A stretch of 10,767 nt of DNA from Candidatus Micrarchaeota archaeon (GCA_038046605.1 JBBSVW010000077.1:1-10767), one strand, 5' to 3'. Numbered from the stretch's first letter, positions 1 through 7,748 are shown. Translations and numbers: made by a program. Notes: generated by a model from the sequence alone, not told the origin.

Positions 1-645
1 AACCTTTCCCTCAACTTCTCCGATGACATTTAGCACTTCGGATTCGTTTGCCTTCTCGCGCCGTTTTTCAATGATTGCAAGGGGGGCTCCTAGAATTTTT
101 GCCATGGCGCGCGCCCTAACTACGCCGCCAACATCCGGTGAAACAACAACCACATCCTTGAGCTTTTTTTTCTTGAAATCCTCGGCCAGAAGGCCTACTG
201 CGGTGAGGTTGTCAACTGGAAAATCGAAGAATCCCTGGATTTGCCCGGAGTGGAGATCAACGGATAGCACCCGATGGGCACCTGCAATTGAAATCAGGTC
301 CGCAACTAGTTTTGCCGTGATTGGCTCGCGCGCATGAACCTTCCTATCCTGCCGGGCATAGCCAAAATAGGGGATCACGGCGGTAATTCGGCTTGCGCTT
401 GCGCGCTTTAGGGCATCAAGCATGATTAGAAGCTCCATCATGTTGTCGTTGACGGGAGAGGGCATTCCCTGGATGATGAAAACATCCGCGCCACGGATGC
501 TTTGCTTTATTTCAACGGATATTTCAGAATCGGAGAATTTAGTGACTGTTGCCTTGCCCAGTTCCAGCTTCAGGTATTTGGCGATATCCTGCGCAAGCTT
601 TGGATTTGAATTGCCTGCAAAGAGCTGGATTTCCTCAAACTTCAT
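1..645 (-). CDS. prs: Ribose-phosphate pyrophosphokinase (PRPP synthase), class I-like; 3' end runs off the window
   Basis: Not in the ORF track. Manual translation from ATG at 645: [22 protein letters not shown]...FSDSEISV...[37 protein letters not shown]...[11 protein letters not shown]...[12 protein letters not shown]...[15 protein letters not shown]-like GAGGGGG at 657-651. Confidence 0.97.
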   Translation of the reverse strand, partial: MKFEEIQLFAGNSNPKLAQDIAKYLKLELGKATVTKFSDSEISVEIKQSIRGADVFIIQGMPSPVNDNMMELLIMLDALKRASASRITAVIPYFGYARQDRKVHAREPITAKLVADLISIAGAHRVLSVDLHSGQIQGFFDFPVDNLTAVGLLAEDFKKKKLKDVVVVSPDVGGVVRARAMAKILGAPLAIIEKRREKANESEVLNVIGEVEGKV

Positions 646-758
646 ATCGACCCCCTCAAATTAGCGCTTTAAATTAACCCTAATCTATTTTCCCTTTTGG
701 AGTTTATTAATTTGATTGTAAGCGATTTGGCGTTCCGTCCGCTATTTGAGAAAACCGA

Positions 759-1277
759 TCACGCAATCTCGTTTATCTCCTTTTCAAGGGAGAAGAATTC
801 GCCGTCAATTAGGGCCCGGGAATTGGAAATCATCTCGCGGGGATCGAGGGTAATTATCCGGTCGTATTTCCGGCGCAGCTTGAGCGCATTGTGGGAGAAT
901 TCCGTTTTGCGCTTCTCCTTGTTTTCCGCCTTTTTCACCTGCGATTTAAGCTCGAGAATCTGATCTTTAAGGGATTCGTACTTCCGATCAACCAGGGAAC
1001 CAATCATCTCGACAACATCATCGTTTGTGGACGGCTCAATTGGATTTCCCTCAAATAGGAGCACTTTGGCGTTTTGCGCCTTCAAAATCTGGGTTATTCG
1101 GTCAAGGGTTGAGCGGTTTTGCGCCGTAGCCTCAATTGCCCAAACGCTTTGCTGCAATGGAAGGATTCGTGTTTTGGCAAACTCGCGGGAAATCTTGCTC
1201 CTAAATGTGCTTTTGGCAAAGGCCTTGCTTCCCTTGATGTCATAGAATACCAAAAACCATTTCTTGAGTTCGGACAT
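759..1277 (-). CDS. Cas2/PaaX-central/ChrB-N-like ferredoxin-fold protein with a C-terminal helical domain (172 aa; alternative TTG start at 1346)
   Basis: WFLVFYDI...LPLQQSVWAIE fits the W-hhhYDI...LQxSVW pattern of the PaaX central domain, ChrB-N and Cas2/VapD. The C-terminal LRRKYDRIITLDP helix resembles the end of PaaX-C/ChrB-N. GGTAAT lies upstream of ATG 1277. Confidence 0.65.
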   Translation of the reverse strand: MSELKKWFLVFYDIKGSKAFAKSTFRSKISREFAKTRILPLQQSVWAIEATAQNRSTLDRITQILKAQNAKVLLFEGNPIEPSTNDDVVEMIGSLVDRKYESLKDQILELKSQVKKAENKEKRKTEFSHNALKLRRKYDRIITLDPREMISNSRALIDGEFFSLEKEINEIA

Positions 1278-1375
1278 AAAAATTACCAAATGATTTTTCG
1301 AAATTGAGCGGAATGCGAAATAGAATGGAATTTTTCCATCCTGCAATTTTCAAATCACTCCGCCTAGCCGCCATT

Positions 1376-1870
1376 TCACTTATTTTGCACAATTGCGCTC
1401 TCAATTGCATTCTCCAAATTGGCCGCCGATTGTTCCTCCTTCTTTTCCGCAACATGCATGTTTATCTCGTAAATCGCATTGAAGATGCTGAAAAGCGCAG
1501 GCCTTGCATTTTCCGCGATGCGGTAAATTATGGGGTAAGTTTTCTGCTTGAACTTTCCGGTGCCGGCGCAGTAGATGCACTGCGCACTTGCGGTGCCATA
1601 GTTCTTCCTTCCGGTGCCGGCGCAGTAACTGCAATCGCCGGATTTGTTGGAGCTTTCAATAATGCCCTTTGTTTCCAATTCGCCAAGCACCTGGCATGAG
1701 CGCGCAGCGGTGATTTTGCTGTGCTTTGCAATCTGCGCGGAATAGCCATTGCCATTTATGAACAAATATCTAAGAACCAGAAGCGTTGCCCCCTTGAATG
1801 GGGAAATATTCGGGGCTTTGGGCTTGAAGGCCATTTCCGCGAGTTGCGTAGCTACTGAATCACTCTGCAT
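1376..1870 (-). CDS. Winged-helix DNA-binding protein (TrmB/MarR-like) with two CxxCxGxG DnaJ-type zinc-finger motifs inserted in the wing
   Basis: The HTH core LLVLRYL...SAQIAKHSKITAARSCQVLGELETKGIIES is followed by CSYCAGTG and CIYCAGTG, then the YRI wing strand. GGTG SD-like motif upstream. Confidence 0.8.
   Translation of the reverse strand: MQSDSVATQLAEMAFKPKAPNISPFKGATLLVLRYLFINGNGYSAQIAKHSKITAARSCQVLGELETKGIIESSNKSGDCSYCAGTGRKNYGTASAQCIYCAGTGKFKQKTYPIIYRIAENARPALFSIFNAIYEINMHVAEKKEEQSAANLENAIESAIVQNK
1555..1627. repeat. Exact 19-bp intragenic direct repeat (ttccggtgccggcgcagta) with a 54-bp period, encoding the two YCAGTG motifs
   Basis: Identical copies at 1555-1573 and 1609-1627. 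Confidence 0.95.
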
Positions 1871-2137
1871 AACACTAACACCACATTTTTCAAAGAATGA
1901 AATAGCCTAAGCCGCAATGGCAATAGGGCATCCCCAAGGTTCCCAGGCCGAAGAATTGCCCTTTAAACTACCCACTTCTTGAAATAAAACCTCTCTTTCC
2001 TCCCAAGGAACGAATGGAATTCAAGGCAAGTCGAAATAGGCAATACGCAATGGAAACGAATCTCCCCGCATTCCCCAAAATCAAAACCCTAATCCCCAAA
2101 AACCAACCATTCCAAACGAGGAAGAATACATAAATCA

Positions 2138-2151
2138 AAAAGGTTTATAAA
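2138..2151. promoter_or_regulatory. Archaeal BRE/TATA-like element; the palindromic TTTATAAA could act in both directions
   Basis: aaaaggTTTATAAA at 2138-2151, within the divergent wHTH/thrS intergenic region. Confidence 0.5.
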
Positions 2152-2256
2152 TTTACCCGCGATTTCCGGGGGAAATTGTGGTTTCCGGATTCGAAAAGCG
2201 CTATTTGTTGATTTTGGTTAAAATGGATTTAATTACTTTGCAATGCCAAAAACAAT

Positions 2257-2272
2257 AATATTTCGAAATATT
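2257..2272. promoter_or_regulatory. Perfect 16-bp palindrome, candidate operator
   Basis: AATATTTCGAAATATT equals its own reverse complement and lies 115 bp upstream of thrS. Confidence 0.4.
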
Positions 2273-2386
2273 TGACCTTTTTGCAAATCAGCGCAACAGA
2301 TATTAAAAATGTTCTTGCAACAGGTCATTTGAACACCCCAAAGAGCTTAATTTTTAATTTAACGGTAAGTAATCATAGGGATTCAT

Positions 2387-4360
2387 ATGAGGCTTCTAGA
2401 GCTCCACTGCGATTATTTCTCATACAAGGCGGAAAGGAAGGCGCTAAAGAGCATCGGAGATCTTTTGGAGGGGGAGAAGGGCAGCCGGTTTGAGAACGTG
2501 CTAGTGGTTTTCACAAGTGTAGAGGAGGGCGACACTGCGCAAATCGCAAAAAGGGCGGCGGAGGAAGTGAAAAAGAACTTTTTTGAGGTGAAGGCTAAAA
2601 CCATCCTGCTCTACCCCTACGCACATCTTTCAAGCAAATTGGCAAAACCGGCAGAGGCGGTATATATTTTGGAGGAGGTACGAAAGGCAATAGTCGAATA
2701 CTGCAAGGATGTTAGCAAGAGCCCCTTTGGCTACTACAAGAGCTTTGAGATGAAATGCAAGGGGCATCCTTTGGCAGAACTTAGCAAAACAATCACATTG
2801 GAGAGCCTGGATGGGAATATTGGCAAATTGGAAAAAGCGGCAATACAAGAAGTAAGCGTTGGAAGCGCAGGAGAAAAAGGAATGGAAGGCGGGATTGGAT
2901 CAGCAGGCGGCATATCCCATTCAAAACAAACATCGGGGGAGGTCGTGTCCGAATCACTCAAGAAGGAGGCGGATGTCAACAGCAAGTTCTTTGTGATGTC
3001 ACCAGATGGGAAAATGACTCCGGCCAATGATTACGATTTTGAAAGGAACAGCAACCTGGGGACTTTCATCGAATATGAAACGCGCAAGGTTAGGGCATAT
3101 GCGCAAGAGCCCCCGCATATCAAACTAATGAAGGAGCACGCGCTTGTGGATTACGAGCCTGCATCCGATTCGGGCAATTTTTCCTGGAGGCCAAAAGGGG
3201 AAATAATGAAAAAACTTATTGAGAGGGCAATCACGGATGTTGTTGTCGACTATGGCGCAATGCAGGTCGAAACCCCGATAATGTACGATTATGCGCATCC
3301 GGCGCTCAAGAAATACCTAAACAGGTTCCCGGCAAGGCAGTACACGGTCAAATCCGACGAGAAGGACCTTTTCCTTCGGTTTGCCGCCTGCTTTGGGCAG
3401 TTCCTTCTTGCGCATACACTCACAATTTCGCATCGCCAGCTTCCGCTTAAAATTTACGAGCTCACCCATTACTCATTCCGAAGGGAGCAATCCGGAGAAC
3501 TGGCGGGCCTTAAGCGGCTTCGCGCATTCACCATGCCAGATATGCACACCCTTTGCAAAAATTTGGAGGATTCCAAAAAAGAATTTGAGCGCCAATTCTT
3601 CCTTTGCCACGAATGGAACACTGGTTTGCAGATCCCGTTTGAAACGGCGTTCCGCGTGCAGGAGGATTTCTTCAATGAGAACAAGGAGTGGTACCTAGCC
3701 CTGGTAAAGGCGCTTGGGAAGCCCGCGCTATTTGAAATCTTCAAGGAAAGGTACGCGTATTTCATCACAAAATTCGAGATGAATTTCGTTGATGGCGCCG
3801 GGAAGGCTTCGGGCTTATCGACCGTCCAAATAGATGTGGAGAACTCCGAAACATTTGATTTGGCATTCACGGATGAGGATGGCAAGCGCAAACGACCCAT
3901 AATTTTGCATGCATCAATTTCGGGCGCAGTTGAAAGGGTGATTTACGCCCTTCTGGAACTTGCCGCCATGAAAATCAAGGAGGGCAAAACGCCCATGTTC
4001 CCTGTTTGGCTCTCACCTACGCAACTTAGGATAATTCCGCTTTCTGAAAAGCAAAACGCATACTGCGAAACTTTGCTTAAGCGCCTTAGGGCCCTAGGCA
4101 TCCGCGTTGATTTCGACGATCGCAACGAAACCATGCAAAAGAAGGTGCGCGATGCAGAAAGGGAATGGATCCCATATGTTGCCGTAATCGGCGAAAGGGA
4201 GGAGGCAAGCGGGAAACTTAGCGTTCGAGCAAGGAAGGAAGCAAAGGGCATGAATGCGACAATTGAGGAGCTAACCGAGCTCATCCGAAACGAATGCTCC
4301 GGAAAGCCATTTGAAAAATTGCTTTTGCAGGATCATCTAACCATGAGGCCAATTTTCTAA
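2387..4360 (+). CDS. thrS: Threonine--tRNA ligase, archaeal type
   Basis: N-terminal archaeal editing domain (MRLLELHCD..., YPYAHLSS, PFGYYKSF, CKGHPLAELS). Catalytic core with RFAACFGQF, SFRREQSGEL, RAFTMPDMH and ILHASISG, and a C-terminal anticodon-binding domain. Confidence 0.98.
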   Translation: MRLLELHCDYFSYKAERKALKSIGDLLEGEKGSRFENVLVVFTSVEEGDTAQIAKRAAEEVKKNFFEVKAKTILLYPYAHLSSKLAKPAEAVYILEEVRKAIVEYCKDVSKSPFGYYKSFEMKCKGHPLAELSKTITLESLDGNIGKLEKAAIQEVSVGSAGEKGMEGGIGSAGGISHSKQTSGEVVSESLKKEADVNSKFFVMSPDGKMTPANDYDFERNSNLGTFIEYETRKVRAYAQEPPHIKLMKEHALVDYEPASDSGNFSWRPKGEIMKKLIERAITDVVVDYGAMQVETPIMYDYAHPALKKYLNRFPARQYTVKSDEKDLFLRFAACFGQFLLAHTLTISHRQLPLKIYELTHYSFRREQSGELAGLKRLRAFTMPDMHTLCKNLEDSKKEFERQFFLCHEWNTGLQIPFETAFRVQEDFFNENKEWYLALVKALGKPALFEIFKERYAYFITKFEMNFVDGAGKASGLSTVQIDVENSETFDLAFTDEDGKRKRPIILHASISGAVERVIYALLELAAMKIKEGKTPMFPVWLSPTQLRIIPLSEKQNAYCETLLKRLRALGIRVDFDDRNETMQKKVRDAEREWIPYVAVIGEREEASGKLSVRARKEAKGMNATIEELTELIRNECSGKPFEKLLLQDHLTMRPIF

Positions 4361-4396
4361 TTGATTTAACTGAATTACGGGAATATGGGAATGGCA

Positions 4397-4443
4397 TTTT
4401 CCAGGGCGCAGTGCTTGAAGCCCCCCCCTGCTCGGCTAAGGCG
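4397..4443. repeat. Dispersed ~46-bp repeat, copy 1
   Basis: ttttccagggcgcagtgcttgaagcccccccctgctcggctaaggcg; 41 of 47 aligned columns identical to the copy at 9042-9086. Confidence 0.9.
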
Positions 4444-4447
4444 TAAC

Positions 4448-6226
4448 CTATTTTTTCACCGTTCCAGTCTTGCCCTTCCTTGGCCGGTAAACCATGTAGA
4501 TTTCATCCAGGTAGCGGTTCCCGTACTTGTTCCAGCTGGGCAAAACGCCGATCTTGACAAACCCCTCCTTCTTGTAGATCCGTATCGCATTATCATTGTT
4601 TGAGAAAACTTCCAGGTAAAGGTTGTGCGGATTCAGCGTTTTTTGGGATTCTGCAATTAGCATGCGAAGAAGCATAGTCCCAAGCCCCACCCCCCTGAAA
4701 TCCTTTGCGACATAAAGGCTCAGGCTCACATTGTCCTTTTCACGCCGCTCCATCCTGGATGCGACAGCACGGGCTATCACCTTATTTTGGTATTCGCAAA
4801 CCCAAAGGATCGCATTGCCGCTGTTGATTTTTTCAAGGCTCTCCCTGCCCATGTCCTTTTCCTCTATGGGATTGACGTACTGGTCGAATGCTATAAGGGC
4901 CCCTTCCTTCACAAGCTCGTTGAGGAATTGCCTGAGCTTTGGAAAATCATCCCTGGTCACGGTATGGAGGAGAACTTTCCTGCCGTCCTTCAAGGCCAAT
5001 TCCTTGGAGAATAGGAAGGTCGAGTGGAACTTGCGCTCGTAGTAGACGATGCCAAGCGCGGTAACTGCTGCTGAGATCACGATTACGGCAAGGATGATCT
5101 CTATTGGGAATGGAAGGCCAATTGGGAAACTGAGGGCGAACATGGCAAGGGTGACGCTTAGAAGGTCGCGCGGCACCATCACAAGGAGCAGGGTATTTTC
5201 ATTGTGCTGCGTGTGGCCCGTCCATTTGGCAATTGAAATGATTGCAAACCGGGCAGCCATTATGCCAGCCATTAGGGCAATTGCAATCCCAAGGTTGCCG
5301 GTATTCCACAGGTTTTGGGGGCTTACCATGAGCCCCAGGTACACGAAAAAGAAGGTGTTTATGATGAGGCTGATCTCATCCTCAAAGCCCTTTGGCCGCT
5401 CCTGCAAATCTAGCTTGTCTGAAATGCGCAGGAACCTGAAGATGCCAGCCGAATTGCCGATGACAAGCCCGATCATGGCAATTGAAAGCACCCCAATTCC
5501 CCTGAGCAGTTCAAAATCGATGTAATAGAGGACAAACAAGGCGGAAAGCGTCAGTAGGTAGCCGAATTTCTTGATTTTGAACCGGTATAATGCCCATAGT
5601 ATGCAAATGCCCCCGATGAAACCAAGGATTAGCGAAACAGAATACGACCTTATTGGCTGCTGCAGGTATTCCATGAAGGCCAGGTCGGCAAAAGAATACC
5701 TCATGGTGGTGATTGCGATGATGCATACGAGAAGGGTTGAGAGGGTTCCCTCAAAATAAAGGATGTTGCGGGCGTTATTGCTGGCCTTTACATAAGGGAG
5801 GATGGAATAAAGCGCGTCTAGTGAGGGGCCGCCAAGGATTGCCCCCAGAAGGAGGGATGAGAATAGGGGCCATCCAAATCCCAGATGCAGTATCCCCGTC
5901 AGGATTGCTATGCAGGCTGCCAGGTTGGCAAGGGCATAGATGGTTGAGAACCGAACGGTCCTAAATATGTCCTCCAATTTGAGCCGCAAGCCAGCATCGA
6001 ATACAAGCGAGATGATCGCAACCGCACTGACAATTGGGGCAATATTACGGAAGCTGGAAATATTTATGTCGAATATGACAAAATTTGAAAGGAACCCAAG
6101 CGGGCCCAGGGCAAAACCTAGCGCGATTAGTATGATGGCCTCTGGAATCCGTGTGCGTTCATAGGCCCACCTTCCCAAAAAGCCCAAAAGGGCAATTAGG
6201 CCAATTAGGAAAAGTATTTCAAACAT
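4448..6226 (-). CDS. CPA1 (NhaP-like) cation/proton antiporter domain fused to a C-terminal GNAT acetyltransferase
   Basis: About 400 aa of hydrophobic helices with RIPE..LI.LG..LGP, LVFDAGL, LLGAILGG, TFFFVYLG and MVPR motifs. Then ~185 aa GNAT with motif A (VAKDFRGVGLG) and N..AI.IYKKEGF. Confidence 0.9.
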   Translation of the reverse strand: MFEILFLIGLIALLGFLGRWAYERTRIPEAIILIALGFALGPLGFLSNFVIFDINISSFRNIAPIVSAVAIISLVFDAGLRLKLEDIFRTVRFSTIYALANLAACIAILTGILHLGFGWPLFSSLLLGAILGGPSLDALYSILPYVKASNNARNILYFEGTLSTLLVCIIAITTMRYSFADLAFMEYLQQPIRSYSVSLILGFIGGICILWALYRFKIKKFGYLLTLSALFVLYYIDFELLRGIGVLSIAMIGLVIGNSAGIFRFLRISDKLDLQERPKGFEDEISLIINTFFFVYLGLMVSPQNLWNTGNLGIAIALMAGIMAARFAIISIAKWTGHTQHNENTLLLVMVPRDLLSVTLAMFALSFPIGLPFPIEIILAVIVISAAVTALGIVYYERKFHSTFLFSKELALKDGRKVLLHTVTRDDFPKLRQFLNELVKEGALIAFDQYVNPIEEKDMGRESLEKINSGNAILWVCEYQNKVIARAVASRMERREKDNVSLSLYVAKDFRGVGLGTMLLRMLIAESQKTLNPHNLYLEVFSNNDNAIRIYKKEGFVKIGVLPSWNKYGNRYLDEIYMVYRPRKGKTGTVKK

Positions 6227-6248
6227 AGAATGATTTCATCCCCAGCAT

Positions 6249-6256
6249 ATTAAAAA
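6249..6256 (-). promoter_or_regulatory. TATA box for a leaderless antiporter-GNAT transcript
   Basis: Minus-strand TTTTTAAT ends 23 nt before ATG 6226; no SD motif. Confidence 0.55.
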
Positions 6257-6308
6257 GTTCCTAAAAATTGGCGCCATGAAACCCTTTGGGGGAAAAGTAA
6301 CCTTAGTT

Positions 6309-7568
6309 TCATTTGCGAAACAATCTGGCCGCCCCATATGCGCCAGAGGCAATGGCAACAACCGCAAGGCCAATTGCCCACGAGGACAATGGCAAGCTTA
6401 GCATAAGAAAAAGGCAGGAGAGGAAGCCAAGGAGGGGCCAAATCCGTTTTTCCTTCAATAGCCTAAGGCCGCTAAGGTTGATTGCAACATAATAAAGAAG
6501 GAGGGAAAAGCTGCTTATGTATGCCAGGCTCGGGAGATCTGCAAGGAAAATGAGCAGGAGCACAAAAGAGCCGCCAACAAGGATGGCTTTTTTGGGGACT
6601 CCGCTTTTTTCATCAATTTCCCCTGCAATGGAAGGAAGGTCGCCATTCAAAGCCATTGCCGAAATGACCCTCGAAATGCCCAGGATTGAGGCAAGGATTA
6701 CCGTTGCAGTTGCAATCAGCGCACCGATGCTAACCAGGGTGAAACCAAAACCCAATCCCTCCAAATCGATCGCATCAGCCAGAGGTGAATTGGAATTGGC
6801 TAAAATCAGGTAGCCCGCAACACCCACCGCTGCCACCGAAACAACCACATAAATAAATGTGGAAAGCAGGATGGAAATAATTATTGCCCTGGGCACATTC
6901 CTTGCGGCATCCTTTACTTCATCTGCAATGACCGAAACCCTTGCAAAACCGGCATAGGCAAAGAAAATCGTGGCAGCGCCGGCAACCACCCCACCTAGGC
7001 CAAATGGGGCAAATGGCTCAAAATTGGAGAATTTGAAGAAAAATATTGCGGTTACGGCAAAAAACAGGAGGATAAGGATTTTCAGTGCCACCAAAACGTT
7101 GTTGAGCCTGCTTGAATCCTTAACACCGCCCAGGTGGATGGCAGTTGCAAGCAATGTCAGCATAGCAGCTGAGGCCTTGATTGGGATGGCAGGGGCAAGG
7201 AGGGCCAAATAGTAGCCAAAGCCGACGGCAACGGTTGCGCCAGCTACTATGTTTGAAAAAATCCAGACGATGCCGACAATGAATCCAAAAAAATTCGATG
7301 ATGCCTCGGATGCAAAAGTATAAGCTCCCCCGCTCCTTGGGAACATCCTGCTAAGGTCGGCTGAGGCAAGGCCAGTTAGCATCGCAACGGTGCCCGCAAT
7401 TAGTACCGATAGGAAAACCGCAGGGCCGGCAAGAGCAGTTGCTGCGCCAATCACCACGAAAATGCCTGCGCCGATTATTGATCCAAGCGATACATTGACG
7501 GCATCGAAGAGGGACAGAACCGGCTTTGGTTTGGTCTGTGGAATTGCAAGAGGCATGGATTTCCCCAT
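6309..7568 (-). CDS. APC-family amino acid permease (alternative starts at 7577 or 7556)
   Basis: GSIIGAGIF (TM1), FPRSGGAY and FFAYAGF...EVKDAARNVPRAI motifs, with ~12 hydrophobic segments. The TATA at 7599-7592 favours a leaderless start at 7568. Confidence 0.93.
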   Translation of the reverse strand: MGKSMPLAIPQTKPKPVLSLFDAVNVSLGSIIGAGIFVVIGAATALAGPAVFLSVLIAGTVAMLTGLASADLSRMFPRSGGAYTFASEASSNFFGFIVGIVWIFSNIVAGATVAVGFGYYLALLAPAIPIKASAAMLTLLATAIHLGGVKDSSRLNNVLVALKILILLFFAVTAIFFFKFSNFEPFAPFGLGGVVAGAATIFFAYAGFARVSVIADEVKDAARNVPRAIIISILLSTFIYVVVSVAAVGVAGYLILANSNSPLADAIDLEGLGFGFTLVSIGALIATATVILASILGISRVISAMALNGDLPSIAGEIDEKSGVPKKAILVGGSFVLLLIFLADLPSLAYISSFSLLLYYVAINLSGLRLLKEKRIWPLLGFLSCLFLMLSLPLSSWAIGLAVVAIASGAYGAARLFRK

Positions 7569-7591
7569 ATTTTGCATATTAATCGGATTGG

Positions 7592-7604
7592 ACTTAAAAG
7601 GTTT
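7592..7604 (-). promoter_or_regulatory. BRE/TATA-like element for the APC permease
   Basis: Minus strand aaaccTTTTAAGT, ending about 24 nt before ATG 7568. Confidence 0.5.
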
Positions 7605-7638
7605 GGGAATTGAAAAATGAAGAAAATAAAGTGGGCCT

Positions 7639-7671
7639 AAAAAAGGTGCAAACCATCAACCAATTTGCACC
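7639..7671 (-). terminator. Hairpin plus T6, intrinsic-terminator-like, downstream of the M23-like gene
   Basis: Minus strand GGTGCAAATT-GGTTGAT-GGTTTGCACC-TTTTTT: 8 Watson-Crick pairs plus 2 G-U pairs. Confidence 0.6.
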
Positions 7672-7688
7672 AATCATGATTGAAAACA

Positions 7689-7734
7689 TCCGGGGCATTA
7701 CAGTTCAAGCCCCCACCCTGCTCGGCCAGGGCGC
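7689..7734. repeat. Dispersed ~46-bp repeat, copy 2 (more diverged)
   Basis: tccggggc-attacag-ttcaagcccccaccctgctcggccagggcgc aligns colinearly with copies 1 and 3 and keeps the ccctgctcggc core. Confidence 0.8.
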
Positions 7735-7748
7735 CGAATCCGGGGTCC

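Noticed and set aside
23-664. Plus-strand ORFs 23-337 and 422-664, and the other short antisense or alternate-frame ORFs in the track
   Set aside because: They are shadows of clearly identified genes (prs, thrS, antiporter, permease, folC) and carry no recognisable motifs.
759-1277. Bona fide CRISPR cas2 or a CRISPR locus
   Set aside because: The protein is about twice Cas2 length with a helical tail, and there is no cas1 or regularly spaced repeat-spacer array in the window.
1240-1455. 71-aa ORF bridging the wHTH and Cas2-like genes
   Set aside because: It overlaps both genes out of frame, has no protein-like features, and does not join them into one reading frame.
1376-1870. dnaJ chaperone
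   Set aside because: No J-domain or HPD motif and only two CxxCxGxG motifs; the flanking sequence is wHTH-like.
4363-4447. Canonical integron attC site
   Set aside because: A GTTAAAT is present on the minus strand, but there is no matching RYYYAAC after the stop codon and no long imperfect stem.
7685-7745. tRNA gene, or a MITE with an 8-bp target duplication (atccgggg at 7688-7695 and 7738-7745)
   Set aside because: No cloverleaf forms. The left 8-mer is part of the conserved repeat itself, and copies 1 and 3 have no matching duplication.
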